Shown in pieces: positions 51,020-64,000 of a stretch of DNA of 64,000 bases; position 1 is the stretch's first letter, and each line of letters opens with the position of its first letter. The notes under the pieces were generated by a model that was not told the origin of the DNA, did not search any database, and saw only the letters and a program-made list of their open reading frames with translations. The stretch covers positions 819,696 to 883,695 of the forward strand of contig JAAOMT010000602.1 in the NCBI GenBank assembly GCA_016748015.1, in the 5' to 3' direction. Source of the stretch: Geosiphon pyriformis uo1. Taxonomy: Eukaryota; Fungi; Glomeromycota. A program made the position numbers and the translations under genes.

Positions 51020-52860
51020 TTAAGAAAGAAGAATAGCAGGAACCAAACTAGCATTATCTATTTTGGCCAAGAGACCCATAACTATAATTGAAAGATTAGT
51101 TAAAATATCTTCTATTTTAGAAATAATTAAAGAATTAAAAACTGCCACTCCTGCAATAGTCTCACCACCAGTGGCCACACCTGAACACTTACTCATTATT
51201 ATATCTACCCCTTGATTTTGTGATGAAAAAATTACCAATAGCTAACATCCAGGGCTAGACTGGAAAACCATTGGCCCAGGTGAGTCTAATCTCTTAGCCA
51301 ACTTGTCAACACATTCTGCAAAGTTAGCAAGACTATGCTAAGAGTGGCAAACCTATTGTTCAATTTCATAGACACCATCAAGATAGGTTTTACCTCTAAA
51401 GAGGAACCAGAAGCAGCTAAGTTATTGTGTACAAAGAGAGGAGAGAATAAAGACCTACCAACAACATTGGCCCAAGAAACACTATCAAAAGAAACCAGAC
51501 AGGAGATTGGAGCAGAGCATTTAGCATAAATAGAAACCAGTCAGCTTTTATTATCATTTGACAATATCTTGTGAGATGGGCCACCAGGAGAAATATTCTC
51601 ATCCACAGAACAGTTCAGAAAGGTATGATCCAATTTCCTATACTTAGCATACTTAGTAGAATTCAGATAAGACCAACACAAATTGATGCCCTTCAAGACA
51701 AGTGTAGTTTTCATGACAGCATCAATCAAAACAGCAGAATTAAAACAAATAACAGCACACCTGGCTCGAACATATGTAACAGGATGTTGATTAAGATACA
51801 TGTTTTCCCATCTACAGAGCCAATAAAGTCTCAGATATCATGAGTATTGGTGTTTATTAGAAGTGTATAGAGCAAAGCCCTATGCCAATTTCTTATATCC
51901 CCATGATTCCTTGTCTGTATTAGCCTTGGCCACTCTCATGGCATCTTTTCCAATTAAAATAAACCATCTAGCTGTGACCAAATCAGCCTGATCTGATTGG
52001 GCAAATTTCATCACAGTCTTTTGCCAAAGTCCTACCAACTGCATTTTGATTGACACAACAGAACCAAATTCAGAAAGCACAGCATGTACAGTCTTAGCCA
52101 AAGTTCTAACTGGAATTTCTTTTACCACTACAGCCTGATCTGAATAACTAACTGATTTCTTGAAATTAGTGTTAACCAAAATATTTACTGCTTTTGTCTT
52201 TTCTGTAGTCTGCGCCAAACTAGATTTGGAAATAAAGGAAGCATGGATGATCTCTGAAAATTTTGAGGAAGTAGAGGCCCTCCCAAAACCATTAACTTTT
52301 GAGAATAATTTTCTGACCACCACTAGTTTTTTCTAAGAAAATTTTTCAGCCACCTTGTTTAGCTTAATATCCATAGCAAAAGATTTCTGAACAGAAACAT
52401 TGACCAAATTCTTCAAAGAAAGAAGGAGAATTACTGAAGTAACCAAAAAAATGTCATTATTACTAACATTATCCAAAAAATTGATTTTCTCCAATAACAT
52501 ACCCAGGGCTTTTTTGGTCACCAATCTCAGACCCTTTGGTGTTTGGTTGGAATTATCTTCCATAAACAAACTTCTTTCACCATAATCCACATTAGTTTCT
52601 TTTATCAAACACTTCTCTTTTATATCAATACTATCAAACTCAGTAGTATTACCAGCTTCAAATCCCTAAGAACCACCAACAGCTTTATCAGACAAGACGA
52701 GTTCACTAGCAATACTATTCTTTAAACCACCACCTTTCTTTTTCTTCCTAGAAGCAATATCCTTTTTAACACTCTTTTCACTATTAACAGGACCAAAACC
52801 TTTAACAAACTTTTTCATTATAGCAATACTACAGCCAAAAGTGGCCTTGTAATCAAGCAA
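51020..52860 (-). pseudogene. LINE ORF1 (nucleic-acid-binding) remnant
   Basis: Remnants such as AVVVKEIPV...VLSEFGSVVSIKMQLVGLWQK, and a decayed CCHC knuckle at about 51600-51660. Confidence 0.75.
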
Positions 52861-52966
52861 GAAGGGTTTAGATTTGTTGTACTGAATTGTAAAAAGACTT
52901 CTTTTAAAAAAAACTTTTTGATTCTTTTTTGGTAATTTTGGATGAAAGAGAAAAAGAAGTTTTTTC

Positions 52967-55747
52967 CCTAAATACTTATATAATTTGCCATGTTTGACAA
53001 TAAAAATTAACTAACTACTAATATACAAAACAATATTCACAACTTTTTGGCTTATAAAAATTACCATTATTTTATTATTATTAATAAAAATATTATTAAT
53101 ACTAAAAAATTTAATAATAATATTCAAAATATATTGTATTAAAGCCTGACTATTTTCTATTTAAATTGTATTATTAACAAAAATACTAGCCACAAAAAAA
53201 AATGTCTTATTTCTACTAATTTTTACTTTGTCTGTTTTAATTATATAATTAATATTAACTTAATATTTACATAAATATTTATGTTTTTTTATCTTATACA
53301 ATAAGAAATAAAAAATTCTCCAAAGAAATGATAAAAAAACTTTATTTTGATCCAATTCATTATGAATTTTGTAATCTTTTGAAAGCCCAAAATTTATTAT
53401 TATTCTATTTATTTTGTTTATATATATATTTCTAAAAAACTTAATAAACTAATTATATATTTTAATATATTTTATATTAGTCTTTAAATAATATCATCTA
53501 ACTAAATTATATGTTTTGCACATGTTTTACAAAACCAGCCAAAACTTCTGGTTTTTTTTCAAAGCATCTTTAATTATTAAACCAATAGCAAAAACAGATA
53601 GTTAAGTTAAAGTATTCTTTAAAACCAAAAAATTGTTCTTATAAAAAATGTTAAACTTGTTACATACAAATAAAATATGATTTAAGAGAATCTTAGACAA
53701 AATTTTCTTAGCTATTTTAATAAAAACAATAGATTAAGTATTTGTTAAATATTATCTTATTTATAAGACTTGAAAATTATTAAAACCCATGCTTTTTTTC
53801 ACAGAATTAAAGTATTATCAAGAGCTAAACAAAAGTTTAATAGAGCCAAAAAACATTATATTATTAAGTTATTATAATGCTTTTATGGTTTATTGAGTAT
53901 GTTAAACAAACCAACAGCTTTGTTATTAAACAAGTTACCAATTATCAAAACCAATTCATCCATATTAATTTTTTCTATTATGTTCAAAAAAGTATTATTT
54001 CTTATGTAGTCCAAAAACATATATTGGTAAGACTATAGATTAAACAGCTTTAAAAACATTTCTTGCTTTTTTGTTTATCTTTCTATAATTTTATTAATTT
54101 TAAGTCTTATTTTATTTGGTTTTAAAACTAGATCTTCTCTAATTACCAAGTAATTTCAAAATATTTATTTCAAAATATTTTTTATCATGTGTCTTTTGTC
54201 AAAACTGAAATTTTCCATTTTTTTTAATTGTTTTTCTAATAAAAATATTTTTGGCCACTTTTATTTCATAATAATTGAATTTTAAATAACTTTTTTTGAC
54301 TATTAATAAATGTTTAATAATATTAGTTAATTTTACATTATTACAAATTATATTGTTAACTTTGATAGTTTTATTGTTATTAATTGTCAATTAAGTCCTA
54401 ATAAAATAATTAAATTCAAACATTTTACTTGAGTTCAATCTTTTTATAATCTTGGTTATTGTTACCAATAGAATTTTAGCTATTAATTAGCATGAAATCA
54501 TTCTCATAATTCTTATTATTAATTAGTACATATTATTATCATTTTTATTATCACTTATTATTTAATTAAATTATCAAAGATCATTATTTAATCAATAACC
54601 CGATTTGTACTATAGAAATTAAGATAATCAAATTACACAATACCCTAAATTATGTAACATAATCAAAATTTGCCGAAATAATCAATAGTTTAGTGAAATA
54701 ACTTATAGTTTACCAAAATATATCTTTAATTTACCAAAATTATAGCAAAGAGAAAAGTGCAAGTTCAAAAACTAGTACTACAACAAGTTGTATAAAAAAA
54801 AAGCTTCTTTCTTTAAGAAAATGTATCTTCTTATAGTATCTTATCATAGTACCTTGCTTTAGATATCTTAATTGAAACAAATCATCTTTTACACATCTTA
54901 AATAAAAATTAAATATTCGAAAACCAAATTCTTTAAATTATTACACTTGAAATTCTTTCAACACAACTAATATTTTGAAATTAATTAGCTACAAATTTCA
55001 ATAATCTGTTAATGACTCCAAGCATAGATAGAAAATGTTTTCTTTAACAGAATTTTATTTCTTTTATATTTCTTTTATTTTATTTTTTTTCTTAGTATAA
55101 TCATTAGAGTAGCCTACAAATGAAATTCCTGTAGAAGAGTTGACTTTTATAGCAAAGTAACTACACATTTTAGTGAACTTCCAGATGAGTAATTCCTGAA
55201 AAAGAGTTGACATTTACTACAACATAACTACACAAAACAACTGACATAGAATTGGCTATTCCATTTGTAAGCCCAGCAGTTCAAATTATAGGAAATAATT
55301 TGAAGATAAATTCAGTTATTGGAGGTTCAACTGCTTTCAAAAAAACGTGAAATTAGCAACAAATAAATATTAACAACAGTCAAGAAAAAAGACCAAAAAT
55401 TTCCAGTAATATCATTAATAATTTTAATTTAAAAAACTTAAATAACTGCTTGTTTTTTAAACAGCTAAACTTATTAAACCAATATTTAGAAAACACTTTA
55501 TTAATTAACTCTACTATTATTTTTTTTAGAACATTTTATATTTTGTTTAAATTATTAAAAACTTTTGTATTTTCAAATTTATTTATTAATTCAAAAAGTC
55601 TAATAAAAAAATATTCTTTAAATTATGCTTATTTAATATTATTTGCATTTTTAATCTTGAACTTTTAGTAATTTTATTAATTTGCTTATAAATATTATTT
55701 AAATAAATATTTAAAAGACTTCTTAAACCAACAAAAATTATAACTGT
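52967..55747 (-). mobile_element. Old degenerate LINE ORF2 segment (RT region), interrupted by a solo LTR
   Basis: Colinear decayed similarity to about 48500-50350. Confidence 0.8.
54460..55411. mobile_element. Second copy of the solo LTR family
   Basis: tgttacca...cagtaa(t)a termini, TSD TTAT/TCAT. Colinear with 23536-24517. Confidence 0.85.
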
Positions 55748-56579
55748 TGTTACTTATAGAAAATAGGAATCATAGTAGTATATATATTAGCCAATCAGAA
55801 GTAGATGTAATAAAATATAGAATTCTAGGGTTCCAGAAATTACAGGATTCTTATATAAGGAATCACAGAATTCTAGAATTCCAGGATTCCTCTTAAAGAA
55901 TTGCAGAATTCCAGGAATTCCAGAATTTCTGGCAGGAAGAATGAAAGAATTGAGAAATTTTAAATATATATATATAATAGTAACATTAGAAGCAGAAAAG
56001 ACAGACCTTTTAGTTTAGATTTTATCTAAGCAATCTTTTAATTCACAAATATTAATAAAATAATTATTTGTTATCTCAATCCATTTTCAATTATTAACAT
56101 TTCATGTTGATAGCTGCTAATACTTAACTATACTAAAACAATAGCTCTTGATCATGACTATTGATGAAATATTAACTTGAACTGCCTTGGCTTATTTCTC
56201 TTTATTTTTATTTTATTTTATTTTTTTTATTTTCTTTTTTATTGTTGTTGACTAATTAATTAAAGATTAAGTACTAAATTATTGATATCACAAATAATCT
56301 GATAAAAAACCTGAATAAAAGAGTACAGAGTAAGAATTTGGATAACTTACCAAAAGAACACAACTGTCAAAATAAACTGGCCACCAAGCTGAAAAAAAAA
56401 ATTGGAAAAATCATCGCAAAAGATTTGCACACTATTAAATCTCTGTCTATTATACAAAGAACTCCAACTCAAAACATTCAGATTACTAAAACCTTCAGAT
56501 AATACTAATCATATCAGCTATTAGTACCAAGTTACAGATTTGTTATTTGATTTGAGACCCTAAATAATTACCTGTAATA
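55748..56579 (+). repeat. 5' LTR of element D
   Basis: TGTTACTTATAG...CCTGTAA(T)A followed by TTTGGT. Confidence 0.88.
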
Positions 56580-59500
56580 TTTGGTATTCTTTGTGAAATA
56601 TAATCTAACAAAAAACCAGTACCAACAGCACTTATCCAAAACAGTAACAGAATCCAAAGAAACAGAGACAAACTATTTGGGATTTGCAAAATTCTTATTT
56701 CAACATTATCACACCTATCTTGGATTAACAAATAATAGTTGGCCAACAGAATCAGCTTTCAATTGCTATGTTAACAAAAGAATAGTATATTATTTGAAAG
56801 ACCAAAGAGATCTAGAATCCACCTTCAACGATTTCTTTAATGAACTATTCCAAAGCACCACACTGCCACAGAATTATTTATTTGCACCACTAATTATAGA
56901 AATAAATAAGAAAATAGAAAAATACATTAAACAAAGATTCTCTATTACCTTTGCCAATAAAGGAAAAGAAAAATTGCAAACACCAGCAGGAATTTCAAAG
57001 CAAATACAATTACCTACTTGGAAGAAACAGTGAGTCAACTCATTTGCTAATCCATTATATTATTACACATCCAGAAGCATCATCAATATAACATCAACAA
57101 ACATGTTTACCACAAACATAACAACATCATTAAACAGAATCTTATTCCAAAGTAAACAAAAGAAAGTAAAGTTACTAGGAACATATAACAATTATTTTGA
57201 GGAATTTAAATTGCAATTTCCAATGTCATCAGAAACTCAATTACCACCACCTCAACCAGATTTTAAAACTGCTACCTCTTGAGAACTAACAAAATCAGAA
57301 GAAGAAGATGATGACAATTAAGAATCTAATTATCAAAACCTGATTCCAAAAAACTTAGAAATTCAGACTGCAATTGTTCCAACTCAGTCAAATTAGGACA
57401 ATTCAAACCTTGACATAATTAATTAGCAACACTTACCTTCAGTAATTGTGATTAATCAGCCACCAATTGAACTGATTGCTGAACCAATTCAACATTCACA
57501 AGTATCACTTCAATAACAACCACAACAACCATTTCAACAACAGCTGTCTTAACAACCATTAATTATACCAATAGCCTATGTACCAATTGCCAAGCTAGAA
57601 AAATTCACTGGTGAAGAAAATAATGCCCAAGTTTGGCTCAATGATGTAGCCAAAGCAATAACTGCCAACAATTAAGACAATGCTAGAGTAATACAAGCCA
57701 TTCCATACTTTTTACAAGACATCACTGATTCTTGGTACCAAAATCTTGTAAACAAATCCCAAGATTTTAATGTGTTCAAAATTATGTTCTTGTAATATTT
57801 TGGTAATTATAACAATATTAATCGCTTAACAATTAATTTTACTACTATTAAGCAAGAAAACACTGAAGCAGTCACAATTTACTTAAAATGCTTCTACTGG
57901 AATCTGTGTCAAATTTAAGCTATCAACACAAACTACTTTACAGTATTCCAGATTTTGAATTAGTTTATTTGTGAGTTGTATAGCAGCCTACTATAACACA
58001 TAAGACCATTATATTTAACTACTCTTCAAGATATTATTAACTATGCCAGAGATTTAGAATTAGCTGAATTAGAAGCCAATTATGTTCAAGCCATCAATCT
58101 AGTAATGAACAGATTATCTAACTTGGATTCAAAACTGAAACAATTAACAGAATCTATTAATCAGAAATTAGAGGGATACTTAACTAACAATCAAGCCATT
58201 TATCAACCTTTACAATGACACAATTATCAAGAAAATGTGAATTGTTTCCAATATCAGTCATGTTCATCATTATCTACCAATCAGCAATAACAAACTGAAA
58301 TACATAGTTGCCACTATTGTGATAAACAAAGACACTTACAAATTTACTGTCACAACTGCTTAAATAATTAACAATTGGGAAATCAATATCGAAACTCCAA
58401 TTTCCAGTTTCAAACTCTGAATTATCAATCAAATCTAGAACCATATTAATTGAATTACCTATCAATGATACAGCAGCCAATTTATCAACCACCTATTTAT
58501 TAAACCCTAATACCAGTCATTTATTAACCACAACCACAACTAATTTATCAACCTTAACCTATTTAAACACTGCCCCAAATAATTGTGTCCAATGAAAATT
58601 AAAGGCCAAGAACCATTCAACAAAATTGGAAATCAGTAATAGTTGTTTATCAACCAATTCCCAGCACATTCCAACAACCTTCAAAGCCACATCCAAAAAA
58701 CTCAAGAATTAGATACATCTAAAACCCAAGTTCCCAAAAGTATTTAAGTCTCCTGGTTATTTTAGAAGATGCCTTACCCAACAACTTAGAAACCAACCAG
58801 AAGCCACTTATCAGCAACATTCTACTAGCAATAATTACCAATAATAAATTACTAGCAGCCATCTTTCTTTTCAAGATCAAAAAATCTTAGCAATGCTTCT
58901 TTTTAGTAGAGCCACCCTTGACACCAAACTTATTACTACAATGTATATTAATGCTAAGGTCAATAGTCAGCCAATCAAACTAATCTTAGACATTGGTTCA
59001 ACAGGCAGTATCATTACTAAGCAGTTCATAAACCAATTAGGTTGCCAAGTTAATCATACTGCCAGTGCTCAAATCATTATAGTGGATGGAGCCATAAAAA
59101 CTCCAATTGGCAAAATTGATGACTTTTCTTTTAAAGTCAATGGCATCATGACACCCATCAAAGTCCTTGTGATGGAAGCAACCCAATATTAGGTAGTTAG
59201 CAATGATTGGTTATCCAAAACCAACACTGTACTTGACTGAACCATGCAAGAGTTTTAACTCAGCCAGAATGGCCAGCACATATGTGTATCAACCACTTGT
59301 GGTCATTTCAAGACCACTATTATGCCAATACCACTAATAAAATTCGAAAAAGAAGAAGTAAACAAACTTATCTGGAAAGTCTACCAAGTTTTATGAGCTG
59401 ACACCAATCACAATAAACTGTTGCCAGTACTCTCTTGGAATGACAAAAGAAAAGGGAAAGAAGAAAATGAATCTGAAGAAACCACAACCACAGAAGAAAT

Positions 59501-62500
59501 AACCAGTGGCTAAGAACAATCATATTCACATAAACCCATCAAGAAGCCACCATATATTCCTTTTAAATGTCAAAATTGTGACAAGAAACTATTCTCTATG
59601 GAAGCATAGATAGTACTTAATAAAGACTACTGGACCAGAACATATTATTATTGCAAGTCATACCATAAAAAATGCTATGGCTATCCAAAAAAACAAAACA
59701 AGTGGGACAATAAACCATGTCTTACTTGTGGCAAACAATTACTTGATAAAAAAATGTGAAACAACATTTCTGGTTGAGAAGAAATGTGTAATATTTTATG
59801 TCAATACACAATCCTCATAAGTTATTGGGTCAGTTGTGACACACTTATTACTGTCACATAACACCAAGCAATTTTTTACTTGGGCAGCTATTCATATGAC
59901 AAAGATAAGATCTGGCAAATGGCCAATACCAAAGTGAAAGACACTTCACTCAGGGAGATATTGAAGATAAAAAACAATCCTTTAGAACCAGTCAATATTG
60001 TTATTATTCCCAATCCAGACACATTTTTAGACATAAAGATAGGTCCAGAAGAATTTTACAAGTATTATCAGAATTTAACACTAACTAAAGAAGAGCAAAA
60101 ACAGTGCTTGGAGGAAATAAACACCCAATTATGTGACCACTGTTTAATTTCATGTGACTTTCAGTATTGTAATAAGTGTAACCTCATTTACAATCCACCA
60201 TCATATATGATCTACACAATTCTAAAGAAAAATGAACCAATTAACAGCTGCATATTAGAATTGGAATTACAGTTCAATCTTAATTCAAACTCCAACAATA
60301 ATGATAACAAAAATAATGGTTCCAGTTTCATTCAAAATAGCAATAAAAATAACAACAATTCAGACTCTGATTCAAACCCAGAGCAATATATTGTGCTTTC
60401 TGACCTTACCAAGAAGCAGAAACTTAAATGGTTCAATGATAATAATGAAGATATTATGCTGAAATATACACATAATACTGATACAAGATTTAATCTGAGA
60501 TATCCAGAAAAAGATGTTATCAAATTGGAACTATATTTATGTACCTGCATTGATCTCAAAGTAGCACTGAAAATTTTAGCAACAATAATGGTTCAACTAA
60601 TATCCAGGAATAGTTTAGTGAAAAGAGAAATCAACATTAGAAAAGGAATAATTGATATAAGATATGTAGAAAATATTATTGCAATACTACAAAATGACTC
60701 AAAAAAGATCTATATCATAGAGCAAAACAAAAAAATAGCACAGGCAATATTTCTGCCTCTGGTTAAAATAGCTCAGTTAGTATCAGTGAGAAAAAGAGAG
60801 GAATTAGAAATAACAACAAGAGAAATAAAGGGATTTGGATCCACAGATAAAATAGATATATCAGTTAATATGACAGAGAAAAAAGTTATTGACAAGGGAA
60901 AAATTATCTTTATCTTTCAATTAATTTCTATTCTGTCATATAACCAATATATATTAGCCATAGAAAAGAAAGTAAAAGATTAAGTTCAAATTTTTAAAAT
61001 GAAAACTATCAGTTGTGAATCAGAAAAAATTGGACTTACTAATCTTTACATACCAGCCAAGAGCCTGAAACATATTAAAATTTTCATCTATAACACAACC
61101 AGAGATGTTATTAAAATACCAAAAAAAACCACTATTGGATATTTAAGCACTGAAGTTAAAGAACAATCACCAAACTCCATTCTAGACTTTCCACAACTGT
61201 GTAAATATGTGAATATCACATCACAAACAATATACAGATAAAAAAAATATTATCTGCTCCAACCAGAACAATTGAAACAGATAAACTTGAAAAATCTAGA
61301 CCAACTACAACATATGCAGCTTAAGATATTATTCAACAATTTCAACAATATCTTTGCCAATAAAAACGAATTTGGCAGAACTAATATAATCCAGCATTCG
61401 ATTAAAACTGAAAATATGATGCCAATCAAACAGAAAGCATACCAAGTACCACCAGCAAGCCATGAAATTATTTGATAAGAGATCAATTGGATGTTAGACA
61501 ATAAGTTAATTCAACCATTAATAAGTTCATAATTGTTATTAGTAGTATTAATCTGTAAGAAGAATGGAAAAATACACTTCTGTGTAGATTACCAAAAACT
61601 TAATGAAGTAACTAAAGAAGATAGCTACCCAACTCTAAAGATCCAAAAACTTTTCAATGCTTTTGAAAGAAAGAAATGATTCTTAACTTTAAACTTAAAC
61701 AGTAATTTTTGACAAGTAGTCATGAATTCAGCTGATAAAAAAAAGACTGCATTCACAACAAAAGAGCAAAATTTTGAATTTGAAGTTATGTTTTTTGGCT
61801 TAATGAATGCTCCAGCAACATTCCAATGACTTATGGAAATTGTTTATACTGGACTACTATAAAAATCAGTAGTCGTATATTTGGATAATACTAATGTGTT
61901 TTTCAAGACATTTAATGATTATTTACACTATCTTCAACAAGTATTTGAAAGACTAAGAAAAGCCAAATTAAAATTAAATGCAACTAAGTGTTTCTTTAGA
62001 AAAACTGAACTCAAGTTTTTGGAACATGTCATAAACAAAAATGGCATTAAAACAGATCCAAACAAAATTGAAATAATTAAAAACTTTTTAGTACTCACCA
62101 ATTTGACTGAACTACGAACATTCTTGAAATTTGCAGATTACTACTACCACTTTATCAAAGACTTTTCCAAACTGGCTCAGCCATTATACCAGCTCTAAAC
62201 AAAGAACACCAAATATGAATAAATGAAAAACCTGCAAAAAGCTTTTGATACATTAAGAAAAAAGCTTATTCAAGCTCCAGTACTGATCTATTCAGATCAT
62301 AGCAAGCCATTCATAATCACAACTAATGCATTAGGTTAAGTATTGAGAGCTGTACTATCTCAGAAAGAACCAGATAGAAAAGAACACCCAGTAGTATATG
62401 CTAGTTGCAGCTTAAGTTCAGCTGAAAAAAACTATAAAACTTCAGCACTAGAACACTTAGCAATCTATTGGACAATTATGAAACAGAAAAAATACTTAAG

Positions 62501-64000
62501 CCAGAAATTTAACATATATACTAACCATAAAAAATTGACTTCAATTCAGAAACAAGAATTTGGAGACAATTACCATGTAAGATAGAAAATAGAACTTTTA
62601 TTATTTAATTATACAGTACATTACAAAAAGGGAAAAGAAAATAAAAATGCCAATAGTTTGTTGTGAATAAAACAAATCTAACATTCCAACCCAAAAATAT
62701 AACAAAAGATGAATACACAAAAATATTAACAATTCCAACACTATATTAATATCTAGCAGTTTAAGAAGAAATTATTTCCAAAAAAACAAAACAACATAAA
62801 ACAACAATCCAAATATTTTATCACTTGCCAAAATATCTTATATCAAAAAAACAGAAAGAATCCAAACCAACCACTCAGAGTAATCATGAAACTAGAAAAA
62901 AAACAATACTATTTAATATGCATTTAGATCTAATAGCAAAACATTTTTATAAAGAAGCAATCATAGAAAGAACCAGAAAAAGATACTATTGGCTATCTAT
63001 ATATTCAGACATCATCCAATATGTTCAAAATTGTAATGCTTGTTAGAAAAAAGAAAAAACAAGACCCAGTAAACTATTAAGACCAATTAAAATGAAACAA
63101 CTATTTGATCAAATTAAAATTGACTTAGTTAGATCATTAAAAATAACCAGTAGAAAAAACAGATATATTGTAGTAGCCATGGATTATTTTACTAAGTGGC
63201 CAAAAGCAAAAGCCATTTAAAGAGCAGATGCAGAATCTATTGCCAAATTTGTTTATCAAAATTTGATTTGTCAACATGGATGCCTAAAAAAATTACTATT
63301 CAACCAAGAAACTCACTTTGTAAATAGAACATTGGCAGAATTAAGTCAAAGATTTGGAATAAAAAGACCATTATTATCATCATATCATCCACAAATCAAC
63401 AGCTTAGTCAAATGATTTAATAGAATATTGTGTAAAGCAATTGCCAAAATCAACCAAAAAAATCAAGATGAATAGAATTTGTTTATATTATCAGTATTAT
63501 TTGTTTATCAGACAATAAAGCAAGACACTATACAAGCAACACCATTTGAATTAGTATATGGTAAAACAACAACATTACCAGTTAAAATAAAAATCAACAT
63601 GTATTTAATTAAACCAATAACAGAAGACAATTTCCAAGAAACATTGTTAAGAAAAACATATAACTTAATAGAAACACTAGAAAACAAACAGTAAAAAGCA
63701 GCTAATAATATTTAAAAGTTACAAAAAAAACATGATAACCAACTACCAGATAAATCAGTTAAATTCAGGATTGGAGACAAAATACTTTTATATCATACCA
63801 AAGCAGAAAAACAATGAAGTAGAAAATTTGACTCTAAATGGGACAGATCATTTTACATTGAAGAAATTTTTGGAAATAGAGCTTATAAATTAAGATAAGA
63901 CAACAAAATCTTAGCCAAAGCAGCACATAGTGATTAACTGAAACCATATCACCATACAGTATTATTATTCACCAATAATATTTCACAACTGGAAGTACAA
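55748..64000 (+). mobile_element. Ty3/Gypsy element D (A/B family), running off the window
   Basis: 5' LTR 55748-56579 is the reverse complement of the family LTR. PBS at 56580, then gag, PR, Cys-rich, dUTPase, RT, RH and IN remnants. Confidence 0.92.

Larger units (their letters stand above)
45937..52966 (-). mobile_element. Full-length LINE with RNase H, nested in an older LINE
   Basis: Poly(A) tail at 45937-45946. TSD cctaaa at 45931-45936 and 52967-52972. ORF1 and ORF2 remnants. The host LINE RT is continuous across the insertion. Confidence 0.9.

Noticed and set aside
17856-62200. Numerous short antisense ORFs in the ORF track
   Set aside because: Shadow frames of decayed gag/pol and LINE sequence, with no independent coding evidence.

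Overview
Eukaryotic, intron-rich fungal DNA. An early-diverging Mucoromycota/Glomeromycotina-like origin is my inference from gene structure and TE style. A gene island at about 3.4-15.3 kb holds a spliced 4-TM membrane protein gene, TRM1, an unknown gene and ILV5. It is interrupted by a TIR-bounded Ginger2/TDD-type DNA transposon (5338-8393, TSD CATA). Almost everything else is a nested pile of decayed TEs. An old LINE is split by a Ty3/Gypsy element (16230-44046, TSD ACAG) that itself contains two more Gypsy elements and a solo LTR, then by a younger full-length LINE, a second solo LTR and a further Gypsy running off the window. All TEs show heavy C>T/G>A decay. The most unusual signal is the Gypsy layout, shared by two distinct families: one long Gag-PR-Cys-rich-dUTPase-RT-RNaseH frame that stops at a conserved TAA, an integrase in a separate ORF with its own ATG, and a conserved unknown ORF3 before the PPT. 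All calls were made by eye, without alignment tools or database searches.
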